Positions 51,671 through 61,520 are shown, numbered from the stretch's first letter. The stretch: DNA of 64,000 bases from Candidatus Latescibacterota bacterium (GCA_965219995.1 CBDCOX010000002.1:5024001-5088000), one strand, 5' to 3'. Numbers and translations are program-made. Notes: generated by a model not told the origin, from the sequence alone.

Positions 51671-54316
51671 ATGACCGCTCGTCCCGGATCGGTTGTCAAC
51701 TTCTGCAAGACGGTGTTGCCGCTTCTGCACGGGAAGACGGACGGACGACGGATTCTGCAGGACGTGCGCGAGGTTGTGGCTACCGACCGGTGGAATTCAT
51801 TCGACAGGTTCGCGGAGACCACGGCGTTTCTGGTGCGTCGTTTCGAGGAATCCGGCGCGAAGGCGGAAGTGCACACCATGCGGACCGGCGGAGCCATCGG
51901 ATCGGGGCGGTGGATCATCCATAAGGCCGCAGACGTGCGTTCCGCGACGATGGACGTGATTCGACCGGTAAGAACACGTGTCCTGGACTACAGGGAGAAT
52001 CCCTGGCACGTCATTCAGTGGAGCGACGCCACGCCGCCGGGAGGGATGGAAAACGAGCTGGCCGTCGTGGATTCAAAGGAGGCCCTGACCCGGATTCCCA
52101 GAGGCGGACTGGCCGGGAAGGTGGTGCTGACCGGTATGGATCCGCGCGGCATGTTGCGGTCCTTCTCGGAGGCCGGCGCGGCGGGGGTGGTCGCCGATCA
52201 TCCCGTACCGAATCTGCCCGACGCGACCGCGTGGACGAAATTCGGGTGGGGCGGCGTCCCCATCCAGGATGCGGCGGTCCAGATGGTTGGCCTGGTTCTA
52301 TCGGAGAACCAGGGTAAGCGACTGCGCCGTCTGCTGCGCAAGCACGGCTCATTGACGGTCCGGACAGACGTGGACATTCGTCACTACCAGGGCACGCATG
52401 ATCAGGTGAGCGGGGTGGTGCACGGTGACGCGGATCCTCAGGATGAAGTATGGGCGCTCGCGCACAGCGCGGAACCCGGCGCAATCGACAACGCGTCGGG
52501 GGTGGCGCTGGGCCTGGAAATCGCACGCGTGCTCGAGGAACTGATTGCAGCCGGTAAGCTGGCGCGGCCCAGGCGCACGATACGTCTGATGAGCGCCTAC
52601 GAGTGTCATGGGTTTTTCAAGTACCTGGAGGACACGCAGCGCCTTCAGAACCCTCTCGCCGGCGTTGTGATCGATTCGGTGGGAAGCAAACCCTCGGTTT
52701 GCGGCGGCCGGATCGAGTGGCATGCCTCGATTCCAATGTCGGCCGGCTTCGTGGACCGGTTGGGCGAGACGATCCTGACGGAAACGCTGCGGCGGCGAAA
52801 CCCCGGGTATCGCCTGTCCATGGAGCCGTTCGTGCCCACCTCAGACACGCTGATCGGGGATCCGAAGTATGGATTTCCATGTCCCTGGCTCACCACGCAC
52901 CACCATAAACCAGGCCGGGGATTCGACGCATACCACTCGTCCGCGGATACGCCGGCTCTGTTGAGCACCACGGGGCTTGCGGCGTGCGCGACAGCGATGG
53001 CGGGATATCTTTACTGGCTGGCGGACGCGGGCACGGAGGACATCGTCGACGTGGCCGCCGCGGAGACCGCTCGGACGATGGAGCGGTTAGGGGCGGGGAG
53101 CCTGTCGGTTGCACAGGTCGAATACGAACGCGAGCAGCATCGCGTGAACCTGGAGAAGCTTCATCGCTGGATGTGGGGCGGACGCCGTCGAGACGTCCTG
53201 GAGCAGTTCGCCGGGCACGAGCGCGACGTGCGGGCGTCCGCGGCGGATGCCGTCCGGGGAAAGACGCGACCGCGCAGACGGCGTGTCGAGGGCGCGGACC
53301 GGATTCCGAGGCGCACCCGTGTGTTGTCTCCTATCGGAGAAAACACGGTGCCGGAGATCGCCGGACGTATCAGCAAAACAGGACTCTCTCCCTGGGCGCT
53401 GTTCTGGGCGGATGGCAACCGGACGATTCAGGAGATTTCGCAGGCCGTGGCGTGCGAGACCGGCAATGAAGTGAAGCTGGCGAGCGTCGTCGCCTATTTC
53501 GAAGCGCACGCTGAACTGGGTTATGTGGAGCTTATCGAGAAATCGGAACGGGTGACGCGCGCGGGCCTTGCGGCGGACCTCCGTTCACTGGGTCTGGCCC
53601 GGGGCATGGACGTGATGGTGCACAGCTCCCTGTCGTCCATCGGACACGTGGCGGGCGGCGCGGATACGGTGATCGAGGCGCTGCTGGACGTGATCGGCAC
53701 GCGAGGTACACTCATGATGCCCTCGTTTCACCACCGGGCCGCACAGGTGTACAATCCGATGACGACGCCCACGACCAACGGCGCGATCCCCGATGCGTTC
53801 TGGCGGCGTCCGGACGCGGTCAGGAGCGACCATTCCACGCACGCGGTGGCGGCGGTGGGTCCCAAAGCCGAGGCCTTCTGCAGGGATCACGGCAGGAAAG
53901 GACTGTGGACGCCGGACAGCCCCATCGGCCAACTCGTACACGGCAACGGGCACGTACTGCTGCTTGGCGTCGACCACAATGCCACGACAGCCTACCACGT
54001 GGCCGAGTTATCGGTGCCCTGCGGATGCATCGACCCGTTCGGCAATTTCTACCGCGTCGTGGCGCCGGACGGGGGCGTGCGGCAGGTCAGGGGGCTGGCG
54101 TTCAGATCGGCGCTGTGTCCGGTGCCGCCGGACAAGCTGAACAGGGCGCTGGACCGCAGGGGCAAACAGCGCCGCGGAAGAGTGGGCCGGGCGGACTCGT
54201 TCTTCGTGCCGGCAATAGAGGTCTGGAAGGCTCGGCGGGACCATCTGCGGCGCGTCTGTCCGACGTGTGATATCAAACCTCGAGTCGACGCGCCGGGATC
54301 GGATAGAACACGATGA
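51671..54316 (+). CDS. fusion: M28/DUF4910-like aminopeptidase plus AAC(3)/YokD-family N-acetyltransferase
   Basis: AHSAEPGAIDNASG, AYECHG, YHSSADT; C-terminal LRSLGL, VHSSLSSIG, GTLMMPSF, SDHSTH, LLGV..TAYHVAE. Confidence 0.82.
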   Translation: MTARPGSVVNFCKTVLPLLHGKTDGRRILQDVREVVATDRWNSFDRFAETTAFLVRRFEESGAKAEVHTMRTGGAIGSGRWIIHKAADVRSATMDVIRPVRTRVLDYRENPWHVIQWSDATPPGGMENELAVVDSKEALTRIPRGGLAGKVVLTGMDPRGMLRSFSEAGAAGVVADHPVPNLPDATAWTKFGWGGVPIQDAAVQMVGLVLSENQGKRLRRLLRKHGSLTVRTDVDIRHYQGTHDQVSGVVHGDADPQDEVWALAHSAEPGAIDNASGVALGLEIARVLEELIAAGKLARPRRTIRLMSAYECHGFFKYLEDTQRLQNPLAGVVIDSVGSKPSVCGGRIEWHASIPMSAGFVDRLGETILTETLRRRNPGYRLSMEPFVPTSDTLIGDPKYGFPCPWLTTHHHKPGRGFDAYHSSADTPALLSTTGLAACATAMAGYLYWLADAGTEDIVDVAAAETARTMERLGAGSLSVAQVEYEREQHRVNLEKLHRWMWGGRRRDVLEQFAGHERDVRASAADAVRGKTRPRRRRVEGADRIPRRTRVLSPIGENTVPEIAGRISKTGLSPWALFWADGNRTIQEISQAVACETGNEVKLASVVAYFEAHAELGYVELIEKSERVTRAGLAADLRSLGLARGMDVMVHSSLSSIGHVAGGADTVIEALLDVIGTRGTLMMPSFHHRAAQVYNPMTTPTTNGAIPDAFWRRPDAVRSDHSTHAVAAVGPKAEAFCRDHGRKGLWTPDSPIGQLVHGNGHVLLLGVDHNATTAYHVAELSVPCGCIDPFGNFYRVVAPDGGVRQVRGLAFRSALCPVPPDKLNRALDRRGKQRRGRVGRADSFFVPAIEVWKARRDHLRRVCPTCDIKPRVDAPGSDRTR

Positions 54317-55608
54317 ATACGCGTCGATCCACAGCGCTTTTCGAGGCGAGTTCCCGTTACCTCGCGATGGGTGTGTCTTCCGGTATGAGGCGCGCGGTGA
54401 CATCGCCGCCGCTCTTCTTCGATCGGGCGGAGGGGCCGTACTATTACGACGTGGACGGAAACAGACTGCTGGATTACACCCTGGCGTGGGGGCCGCTGAT
54501 TCTCGGTTCGAATCACCCGGAACTGAACGCGGCCGTGACGGCGGCGGTACGGAATTCATACACCCTCGGGGCCCAGCATCCAGGTGAGGTTGCGTTCGCA
54601 AAACTGCTGGTGGAGACACTTCCGGGCGTTGACCAGGTGATTTTTTCCAATACGGGCTCCGAGGCCGTCCAGGTGGCCCTGAGGCTTGCGCGCGCCGCAA
54701 CCGGTCGTAACAGGTTCGTCAAATTCGAGGGACACTACCACGGATGGTTGAACAACATTCTTGTGAGTTACCACGAATCCGACGAAGCACTCGGGAATCC
54801 GGACGCACCCAGGGTCGTTCCCGCCTGCGGCGGACAGCCGGCGGCCGAATACGCGGAGACTGTCACGTTGCCATGGAACCGGCTGGATCTGCTGGAAAAC
54901 CTGTTCGCCGAACGGGGATCGGAGATTGCAGCGGTGATCACCGAGCCGGTCCTGGCCAACTCCGGATCCATCATGCCCTCGGAGGGGTTCCTTAAGGGGA
55001 TGGTCGATCTGTGTCGAAGCAACGGCGCGGTTTCGATATTTGACGAGGTCATTACCGGGTTTCGTCTCGCTCTTGGGGGCGCCAGGGAATATTTCGACGC
55101 GATCCCCGATCTCTCGGTCTACGCGAAGGCGATGGCGGGCGGGTTCACGCTTTCCGCGGTGGCGGGTTCTCGCAAGATGTTTGACGTGCTCAGGAATGGC
55201 GCGACAATTCACGCGGGGACGTACAACGGCAGCACGGTCAATCTTGCCGCAGGGCTTGCGACCGTCACGATCCTGAGCGCGGATCCCGGGGTCTTCCACC
55301 GTATGCATGAGCACGGATACGCGATTCGGCGGACAATCGAGGCTGCTGCGGCTCGCGGGGGAATCCCCGTCTGCACCTCGGGAGCGGGCACGGTCTTCAA
55401 CGTTCACTTCGGTGTACAGTCTCCCCCCGTACACTATCGGGAACTGAAGGCGACGGATATGGCGCTTTATACCCGGTTCAGGACCGGCATGCTGGAGGCG
55501 GGCATTCAACTGTTGCCGGATGGCCGATGGTACGTGGGCATGACCCATGGAGACGAGGAACTCAGTCACGTGCGCGCGGCGGTAGGGTCGGCGGTCGCCG
55601 CGCTGTAG
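54313..55608 (+). CDS. class III PLP aminotransferase (glutamate-1-semialdehyde aminomutase-like)
   Basis: DVDGN..LDY, NTGSEA, FEGHYHG, FDEVITGFR, YAKAMAGG, HAGTYNG; ATGA overlap. Confidence 0.9.
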   Translation: MNTRRSTALFEASSRYLAMGVSSGMRRAVTSPPLFFDRAEGPYYYDVDGNRLLDYTLAWGPLILGSNHPELNAAVTAAVRNSYTLGAQHPGEVAFAKLLVETLPGVDQVIFSNTGSEAVQVALRLARAATGRNRFVKFEGHYHGWLNNILVSYHESDEALGNPDAPRVVPACGGQPAAEYAETVTLPWNRLDLLENLFAERGSEIAAVITEPVLANSGSIMPSEGFLKGMVDLCRSNGAVSIFDEVITGFRLALGGAREYFDAIPDLSVYAKAMAGGFTLSAVAGSRKMFDVLRNGATIHAGTYNGSTVNLAAGLATVTILSADPGVFHRMHEHGYAIRRTIEAAAARGGIPVCTSGAGTVFNVHFGVQSPPVHYRELKATDMALYTRFRTGMLEAGIQLLPDGRWYVGMTHGDEELSHVRAAVGSAVAAL

Positions 55609-55656
55609 CGTCCCGCTCGCGAGATCTGCCGGCATTTATTCACAGGGTCAAATACC

Positions 55657-55685
55657 TTGACAATGGGGAGGCGTTATGGTAAAAT
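55657..55685 (+). promoter_or_regulatory. sigma70 promoter
   Basis: TTGACA-N17-TAAAAT. Confidence 0.7.
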
Positions 55686-55759
55686 CACAGAGAGTTCCGG
55701 GATAATGGTTGCAGTTCGAAGGGCCGTTCGCACCAGTGGGAAGCTGGAGGAAAACGTAT

Positions 55760-56524
55760 ATGGGGATGGATGACATTCAGCCTCTTCTGGAAAGCTGGCC
55801 ATACGAGCCGGACAAACTCTGTGTGAGACGCATCAAGGGGACGGATGGCGAGGAAAAAATCCAGCTCCGCGTGGAGATGGGGATACTGCAGATGGAGGTC
55901 GCGGGACGCCCGGACGGACAGCGCCCACACGGATATGAGTCGCTGCTTCACTACTACAAGGCGAAAGTGCGGGCGTCGCCGGAAGACTCGAAGACGTACA
56001 GGCTCGACCCGGACGTCTGCCTGTCACTTCAGGTCGAAGGGCTTCAGTATTACCATCGACGGATCAGCTTTCTTGAACTGGGAGAATATCGACTTGCCCA
56101 GGATGACGCTCAGCGAAACCTCGATATGTTCGACTTCGTCAAGGAACACGCGCGTGAAGAAGAAGATAGCATGGTCCTCGAGCAATACAGGCCCTTCGTG
56201 ATCGGACATCGCATACGTGCGGTGGTCCTGCAGGAACTGGAGGACGAGAATTTCGATCGGGCGCTCCTGGAAATCCACAACGGGATCGAAGAGATCCAGG
56301 GGTTCTTCAAGGAGTACGACAGGCCCGACCTCGTGGAAGACAGCGAAGAGGTGGTATTTTTGAAGGAATGGGCGGAAGAAATCCGAAAAGATCGACCCAG
56401 GCCCCTGTTTCAGGACCTCAAGGAGCAACTCAGTGAGGCGGTTGCCATTGAAGATTTCGAGCGCGCCGCCCAGCTTCGGGATCAGCTCCAGGCACTCTCG
56501 CCCGGCGCAGACCGAAAATCCTGA
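55760..56524 (+). CDS. UvrB/UvrC-motif-containing protein of unknown function
   Basis: C-terminal AVAIEDFERAAQLRDQL UVR coiled coil; N-terminal IQLRVEMGILQMEVAGRPDG; SD GGAGG. Confidence 0.8.
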   Translation: MGMDDIQPLLESWPYEPDKLCVRRIKGTDGEEKIQLRVEMGILQMEVAGRPDGQRPHGYESLLHYYKAKVRASPEDSKTYRLDPDVCLSLQVEGLQYYHRRISFLELGEYRLAQDDAQRNLDMFDFVKEHAREEEDSMVLEQYRPFVIGHRIRAVVLQELEDENFDRALLEIHNGIEEIQGFFKEYDRPDLVEDSEEVVFLKEWAEEIRKDRPRPLFQDLKEQLSEAVAIEDFERAAQLRDQLQALSPGADRKS

Positions 56525-56578
56525 TCCTGCAAGCAACGTCCGGCGCACGCCGCGCCGGCCCGGAAAGGGAATGATCTA

Positions 56579-57880
56579 TTGGCGGTGCATGAAATCATCA
56601 CCTCACGGGAGCCGGAACGCGCAATTCTGGTGGGCATGGCGCTTCCGGGCAATACATCCTGGGATACGGACGACACGCTGAATGAACTTGCGTTACTCGC
56701 GGACACTGCGGGTGCACAGGTTGTGGACCGGATGGTGCAGGAGCGGGAAAGCATCGATCCGGCTTTTTTTATCGGTCGGGGCAAGGCTGAGGAACTTGCG
56801 CGCCGCGTGAAACGACTCCAGGCGAACGTGGTGATCTTCGACGACGACCTGTCGCCCGCCCAGTTCAAGAACCTCGAGGAAGTCGCGGGCGCCAACGTCA
56901 TCGATCGGAGCCGTCTGATTCTGGACATCTTCGCGGGACGGGCCAAGACACGCGAGGCTCAGACCCAGGTTGAACTGGCGCAGCTCAACTACCTGTTGCC
57001 GCGGCTGACGCGCCGATGGACGCATCTGTCACGCCAGGCCGGCCACGGCGGGACCACAGGCGGAATCGGCACCCGGGGTCCGGGAGAAACGCAGCTGGAG
57101 GTGGACCGACGCGCGCTGCGGAGCCGTATCGGGGTCTTGACCAGAGCGTTGAACAGGATCGCCCGGCGGCGTGTGACGGGGCGCAAACAGCGAACGGATG
57201 CGTTCCGTATCTCCCTGGTGGGCTACACGAATGCGGGAAAATCGACGTTGATGCGCGCACTTTCCGGCGCGGACGTACTCGTGGAAGACCGCTTGTTCGC
57301 AACGCTGGACTCCACGACCCGCAGGGTCTATCTGGGGTACAATCGGGAAGTCCTGCTCACCGACACGGTCGGGTTTATCCGAAAGCTGCCGCATCACCTT
57401 GTCGCTTCGTTCAGAAGCACCCTTGAGGAGGCGGTGGATGCGGACCTGTTGTTGCACGTTGTCGACGTGAGCCATCCCATGTGCGAGGAGCAGATCGAGG
57501 CGGTGCGTGAAACGCTCCAGGGACTGGGCATCGCGGAGTACCCCACGTTGATGGCATTCAACAAGATCGATCAGTTTCACGATCCGTCCATGCAGAGGCG
57601 GCTTAGGGCCGGGTATCCGGACGGCATCTGGATCTCGGCTCAGGAAGCCCGGGGGCTGGACGATCTGCGGTGGGCGATTTACGACCGGCTCGAGGGCGAA
57701 CGCAAGGTGGAGCAACTGCGGGTTCCGCAGGCGGAAGGAAAGCTCCTCTCGGAACTGTATCGGGTAGGCGAGATATTGAATACGACGTATAAGGGAAACG
57801 ACGTGTTTCTGGAGATCAAACTGAGCCGCCAGAATGCGAGGCGGCTCCTGCCCGACGGAAGGTTTCGCATCAAACGGTGA
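56579..57880 (+). CDS. hflX: ribosome-splitting GTPase HflX
   Basis: GTRGPGETQLEVDRR, GYTNAGKST, LFATLD, DTVGFI, NKID. Confidence 0.97.
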   Translation: MAVHEIITSREPERAILVGMALPGNTSWDTDDTLNELALLADTAGAQVVDRMVQERESIDPAFFIGRGKAEELARRVKRLQANVVIFDDDLSPAQFKNLEEVAGANVIDRSRLILDIFAGRAKTREAQTQVELAQLNYLLPRLTRRWTHLSRQAGHGGTTGGIGTRGPGETQLEVDRRALRSRIGVLTRALNRIARRRVTGRKQRTDAFRISLVGYTNAGKSTLMRALSGADVLVEDRLFATLDSTTRRVYLGYNREVLLTDTVGFIRKLPHHLVASFRSTLEEAVDADLLLHVVDVSHPMCEEQIEAVRETLQGLGIAEYPTLMAFNKIDQFHDPSMQRRLRAGYPDGIWISAQEARGLDDLRWAIYDRLEGERKVEQLRVPQAEGKLLSELYRVGEILNTTYKGNDVFLEIKLSRQNARRLLPDGRFRIKR

Positions 57881-57913
57881 CTTGAAGCTCGATCTTTGCA
57901 GGATAATGAAACG

Positions 57914-57954
57914 AAACAGGCGTTTGCGGACGGGAACCGCGAACGCCTGTTTTT
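57914..57954. terminator. bidirectional terminator between hflX and bactofilin
   Basis: AAACAGGCGTTTGCGG/CCGCGAACGCCTGTTTTT. Confidence 0.75.
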
Positions 57955-57988
57955 CTGAATAGCGGGTTTATTCGGACACGCCTGCGTG

Positions 57989-58411
57989 TCAGGTCGAGGG
58001 CTCATCCTCTGTTTCGGCAGGCGAAGACTCCCGGTCTGCTAGCGCCGCAGGCGACGTAACTTCGTCTCCGGCGGCGCACTTCCCCCTGATAATGGCGCCT
58101 TCTTCCACGACGATGGAACGTGCGGCGATGTCGCCCGTAAAGACGGCGCTGGCTTCCAGCTTGACGTTCCCCTCGGCTTCCAGTTTTCCGGTAACTTCCC
58201 CGCCGATCACCGCGTCACGCACCCGTACGACCTCTGCATCCACTTTTCCGGACGGACCGATGACAAGCGTGCCCGATGCATGCAGTTCGCCCTTGAGCGT
58301 CCCATCCAGGCGGATGCTTTCGTCCGTCTTTACCGATCCTTCCATCACCGTGTCTTTGCCGATCACCGTTTTAATGGCTTCTTTTTCCAGCTTTTGTTTA
58401 AACGCCAACAT
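57989..58411 (-). CDS. bactofilin (polymer-forming cytoskeletal protein)
   Basis: TVIGKDTVMEG, IRLDG, LVIGPSGKV, VVEEGAIIRG beta-helix repeats. Confidence 0.9.
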   Translation of the reverse strand: MLAFKQKLEKEAIKTVIGKDTVMEGSVKTDESIRLDGTLKGELHASGTLVIGPSGKVDAEVVRVRDAVIGGEVTGKLEAEGNVKLEASAVFTGDIAARSIVVEEGAIIRGKCAAGDEVTSPAALADRESSPAETEDEPST

Positions 58412-58529
58412 TCGGATGTCCGCTCACGTGTTTTCTGTTATGGAAGATTGGCCAATTGGGTTTCCCGCGCGTTGGGGAATCTCAACTTCCTGCGGATGGG
58501 CCGGGAACAGGGTTCCGGACCTCCTGAAT

Positions 58530-58976
58530 TCATCTGGAATTCACGGAATCGCGGGGTGACCCGGCAGCGCCCTTGATCGCGCTGGCGACGGGCGCGCCCG
58601 TCTTTCGGTTCTCCTCCGGGCGTACGGTAGAAACCGCATTCGTGAAGGAAGCCTGCGTCGGCCCCGCGTCGGGCAACAGCATCTGACGCAGTTTCTGATC
58701 GGTTCCCTGGATTCGCTTCAGGGTGAGCGCGAGTTCCTCCACGCGTGCAACTTCCTCATTCAGCCGGCTGTTCTCTGCCTTCAGGGAGCGCGCCGACTGT
58801 CTCCACTCCTGAATCTTCCAGATGAACGCGAACTCCAGGATCAGCATGATGAGCAACAGGAGAATCGCGCCGGCCGCCGCCCTCAGCGGCCAGTAACCGA
58901 GCTTGAACACCACGGTGCGCGATCCGTCGTCGGGGATAAACAGTACCGACATCTGTCTACGCCGTTGTCTGGCCAC
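58530..58976 (-). CDS. TM plus coiled-coil protein resembling the N-terminal half of bactofilin-associated M23 peptidases
   Basis: Basic N-terminus, VLFIP motif, single TM, coiled coil; no HxxxD/HxH M23 motifs. Confidence 0.6.
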   Translation of the reverse strand: MARQRRRQMSVLFIPDDGSRTVVFKLGYWPLRAAAGAILLLLIMLILEFAFIWKIQEWRQSARSLKAENSRLNEEVARVEELALTLKRIQGTDQKLRQMLLPDAGPTQASFTNAVSTVRPEENRKTGAPVASAIKGAAGSPRDSVNSR

Positions 58977-59120
58977 GCAACCGGTCTCCTCTTGGGGTGA
59001 CTACAACTCCAGGGCCAGGCGCCAACCCGTTCCGCCGGACGCGGCATGGCGCCGGATGCGACGCCGAATGCGATTTTCGCCTTCGATTCGGTATAGAATA
59101 CTGAGATCGCATCCGCGTTC

Positions 59121-59149
59121 AGGTTAGCAGGCGGCGGCGGCTTTGTCAA
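59121..59149 (-). promoter_or_regulatory. sigma70 promoter
   Basis: TTGACA-N17-TAACCT on the minus strand. Confidence 0.55.
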
Positions 59150-59231
59150 GCAATTTAGGACGGGACCGCTGCCCGATGGCGGCGCACGGTGCTCGGGCAG
59201 CCGACGGTTGTCGGGGACAGCACTCTCACGT

Positions 59232-59393
59232 TCACACGCGTTTCTGCAGCAGCCAGCCGGCCGTAAAAATAAGACCGCCGATGATCGCAAAGCGCACCTC
59301 CCGGCCGATGTCCTCTTCGTAGAGGCCGACAAACAGGCCGAAACCCATATAGATCAGCCCGGCAAGTTGAAGGATGCGAGCAAGCAGACGCAT
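59232..59393 (-). CDS. small two-TM membrane protein (53 aa)
   Basis: MRLLARILQLAGLIYMGFGLFVGL-EEDIGRE-VRFAIIGGLIFTAGWLLQK: two hydrophobic helices with an acidic loop. Confidence 0.6.
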   Translation of the reverse strand: MRLLARILQLAGLIYMGFGLFVGLYEEDIGREVRFAIIGGLIFTAGWLLQKRV

Positions 59394-59578
59394 TGAAAAC
59401 CCTGTTTCCGCCTCATCCCGTCCCGTCCGCATTCTAAGGTTGTGGATTGGGGCGAAGCCTTGCGACGACTCTCGGAATGTTTGGAATTTGCAGGCTTACA
59501 GTCGATAGTCCAAAGTCAACAGTACGGCGAAATCCGGCGGCAGCGTGGTCGGCAAGGTAATCCGGATACGGCAAACGC

Positions 59579-59607
59579 AAAAGCCGACATCCAGGGATAT
59601 CGGCTTT
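59579..59607 (-). terminator. probable intrinsic terminator
   Basis: Minus strand AAAGCCGATATCC..GGATGTCGGCTTTT. Confidence 0.6.
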
Positions 59608-59632
59608 CAATCGCGCGAACCGGGACAGGACA

Positions 59633-60103
59633 CTAAAATGCCTTGTTGAGATTCAAACGGACGCCCCTGGCTTTCAGGTCTCCGTTGACAGCCAGGCCGA
59701 CGCCATTCATTTCGACCAGGTTGTTTCGCTTTTCCGGGGGCGGAAGTTCCTCGCCCTCATCCGATAGAAAGAAATGGACCGAGTACGCCAGGGTTCCGAC
59801 GCCGAGCCCGAACATGATGGCGGCCTTGGTGTCGCCGGATTTGCTCTCGCTGTAATGGTCTCCCGCCGTCTGGGAGGACCTGGCGGTCCGGTACTGCTCG
59901 TACGCGTCGTTTGCGTCCTTTCTTGCAGCGTGCGCCTCGGTGAAGAACCAGATGCTCGCCCCCAGCGACAGCGCTCCGTATAATTTTTTGGAGTACAGGA
60001 AGTCTTTGGATTTCTCTTGCGCGAGGGCCGTGTCCGCTGAAACGAATAACGCGGTGACGGCGATCACGACGGCGACCGCGCAGGTCCGATAACGGATGTA
60101 CAT
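59633..60103 (-). CDS. exported hypothetical protein
   Basis: Signal peptide ending ALA-Q; two hydrophobic helices; C-terminal alternating strand ending in F; start ATG 60103. Confidence 0.65.
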   Translation of the reverse strand: MYIRYRTCAVAVVIAVTALFVSADTALAQEKSKDFLYSKKLYGALSLGASIWFFTEAHAARKDANDAYEQYRTARSSQTAGDHYSESKSGDTKAAIMFGLGVGTLAYSVHFFLSDEGEELPPPEKRNNLVEMNGVGLAVNGDLKARGVRLNLNKAF

Positions 60104-60146
60104 TACGTCCTCCGGGGGTCGATGGAGTTCCTGTTGCAGCTTCGGT

Positions 60147-61520
60147 TCACTCGTCGTTCCGGACAAGCGGCCCGCCGACGTGCTGTTCCAGTTGAGCCAG
60201 TTCGATCTGGTATTGGAATCTGTCCTGAACAAGCTGATTTCGGGCCCCGAAGAGTTGGAGTTGCGCCTGCTGGCGATCCAGAAAAGTGCCGCCTCCGAGG
60301 TTGTAGCGCTGGTCCTGAAGCCTGAAGTTTTCTTCGGCGGCCTTCACCGCCGCTTCGTTGGCGGTTACGCTCCGTCGAAGCCTCTCGAGGTTCAGAAAAG
60401 ACAGCCTGATATCCATGGCCTTCTGACGTTTTGCCTGGTCGAGTTGCTCCCGGCTCCTGAGGTACTCCAGCTTCTGGATCTTGATGGAGTTTACGGTATT
60501 CAGGCTGTTGAATAAAGGGAGCCTGATACTGATGCTCGTGCTGTATGAATAGTTCTTGATGAAGAGGTCTTCCACGCCCGCGAAACTCTCACCCCGGTTC
60601 AATCGCCAGCCGTACCCCGCACTGCCCGTGATGGACGGGAAGCGTACGCCGTATTTTGTAGCTCTCAACTCATCCCTGCTGGCCAGCATTCTGTGTTTCT
60701 GCGCCAGAATTTCAGGGCTCCCCCCGAGCGCCCTCTCCAGAGACTTCTCGTAAGTTATGGGCGGCGGTGCGACTGTAAACGTCTTTTCGGTCGGAAAAAT
60801 GTCCACGTCGGGACTGAGTCCGAGCGAAAATGCAAGCTCCGCGCGAGCCGTGGCAACGTCGTTTTCCCTGGCGATGAGCGCGACGCGATCGCCTGCCAGC
60901 TGAGATTCCGTGCTCAGGACCTCGGCGATGGTGGTCGAGCCGATCTCATACATCGTTTTTTCGCGACGCAGGTCTTCTTCCGAAAAACTGACCTGCTCTT
61001 TCGCCAGTTCCAGTTGTTCGATACGCTGGAGAAGAATAAAGTACCGCTGCTTTACGAGAAATGTCGTCTGCTGCCGGGTTTCCGAAAAGTCCATCTCCGC
61101 CGCCCGCGCATTCTTCTTGCTGGCAGACAGATTCGCAAGATTGGCGGCGTTGAAAATCGTAATGCTCAGGCTGGATCCGACGTTCTGGGATCCGCCCACC
61201 TGGTCTTCACCCACGGTGGTGACGATCGTCTGGGTTGCGGCGTCGAAGATTGCCCCTTCCCTGGGGCCGGTCACGCTCCTGGACATGCCGTAGTTGCCGC
61301 TCAGGCTGGGCAGAAACACGTTTCGCCTCTGGTCGATCTGCGCATCGGAAATCTCACGCGCGAATCGGGATTGAGTGATCGCCGTGTTGTTGCCCAGGGC
61401 GATTTCGATGCATTCGGAGAGGCTGAGATGCATGTCTCCGGGCGCCGTTTCCTCCGCGGCCAGCGGCCATGAAAGAGCCGTAGCAGCGGTGAAAAGCGCA
61501 GTTCTCAGAACTCGTAACAT
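60147..61520 (-). CDS. TolC-family outer membrane efflux protein
   Basis: Signal peptide, LSECIEIALGNN, FLPSL, duplicated OEP halves, RYNLG. Confidence 0.9.
   Translation of the reverse strand: MLRVLRTALFTAATALSWPLAAEETAPGDMHLSLSECIEIALGNNTAITQSRFAREISDAQIDQRRNVFLPSLSGNYGMSRSVTGPREGAIFDAATQTIVTTVGEDQVGGSQNVGSSLSITIFNAANLANLSASKKNARAAEMDFSETRQQTTFLVKQRYFILLQRIEQLELAKEQVSFSEEDLRREKTMYEIGSTTIAEVLSTESQLAGDRVALIARENDVATARAELAFSLGLSPDVDIFPTEKTFTVAPPPITYEKSLERALGGSPEILAQKHRMLASRDELRATKYGVRFPSITGSAGYGWRLNRGESFAGVEDLFIKNYSYSTSISIRLPLFNSLNTVNSIKIQKLEYLRSREQLDQAKRQKAMDIRLSFLNLERLRRSVTANEAAVKAAEENFRLQDQRYNLGGGTFLDRQQAQLQLFGARNQLVQDRFQYQIELAQLEQHVGGPLVRNDE

Noticed and set aside
53550-54316. Aminoglycoside resistance gene
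   Set aside because: The AAC(3)-like domain is fused to a peptidase inside a metabolic operon with no mobile context
54313-55608. hemL assignment
   Set aside because: Family motifs only; no hem genes nearby, so no gene symbol given
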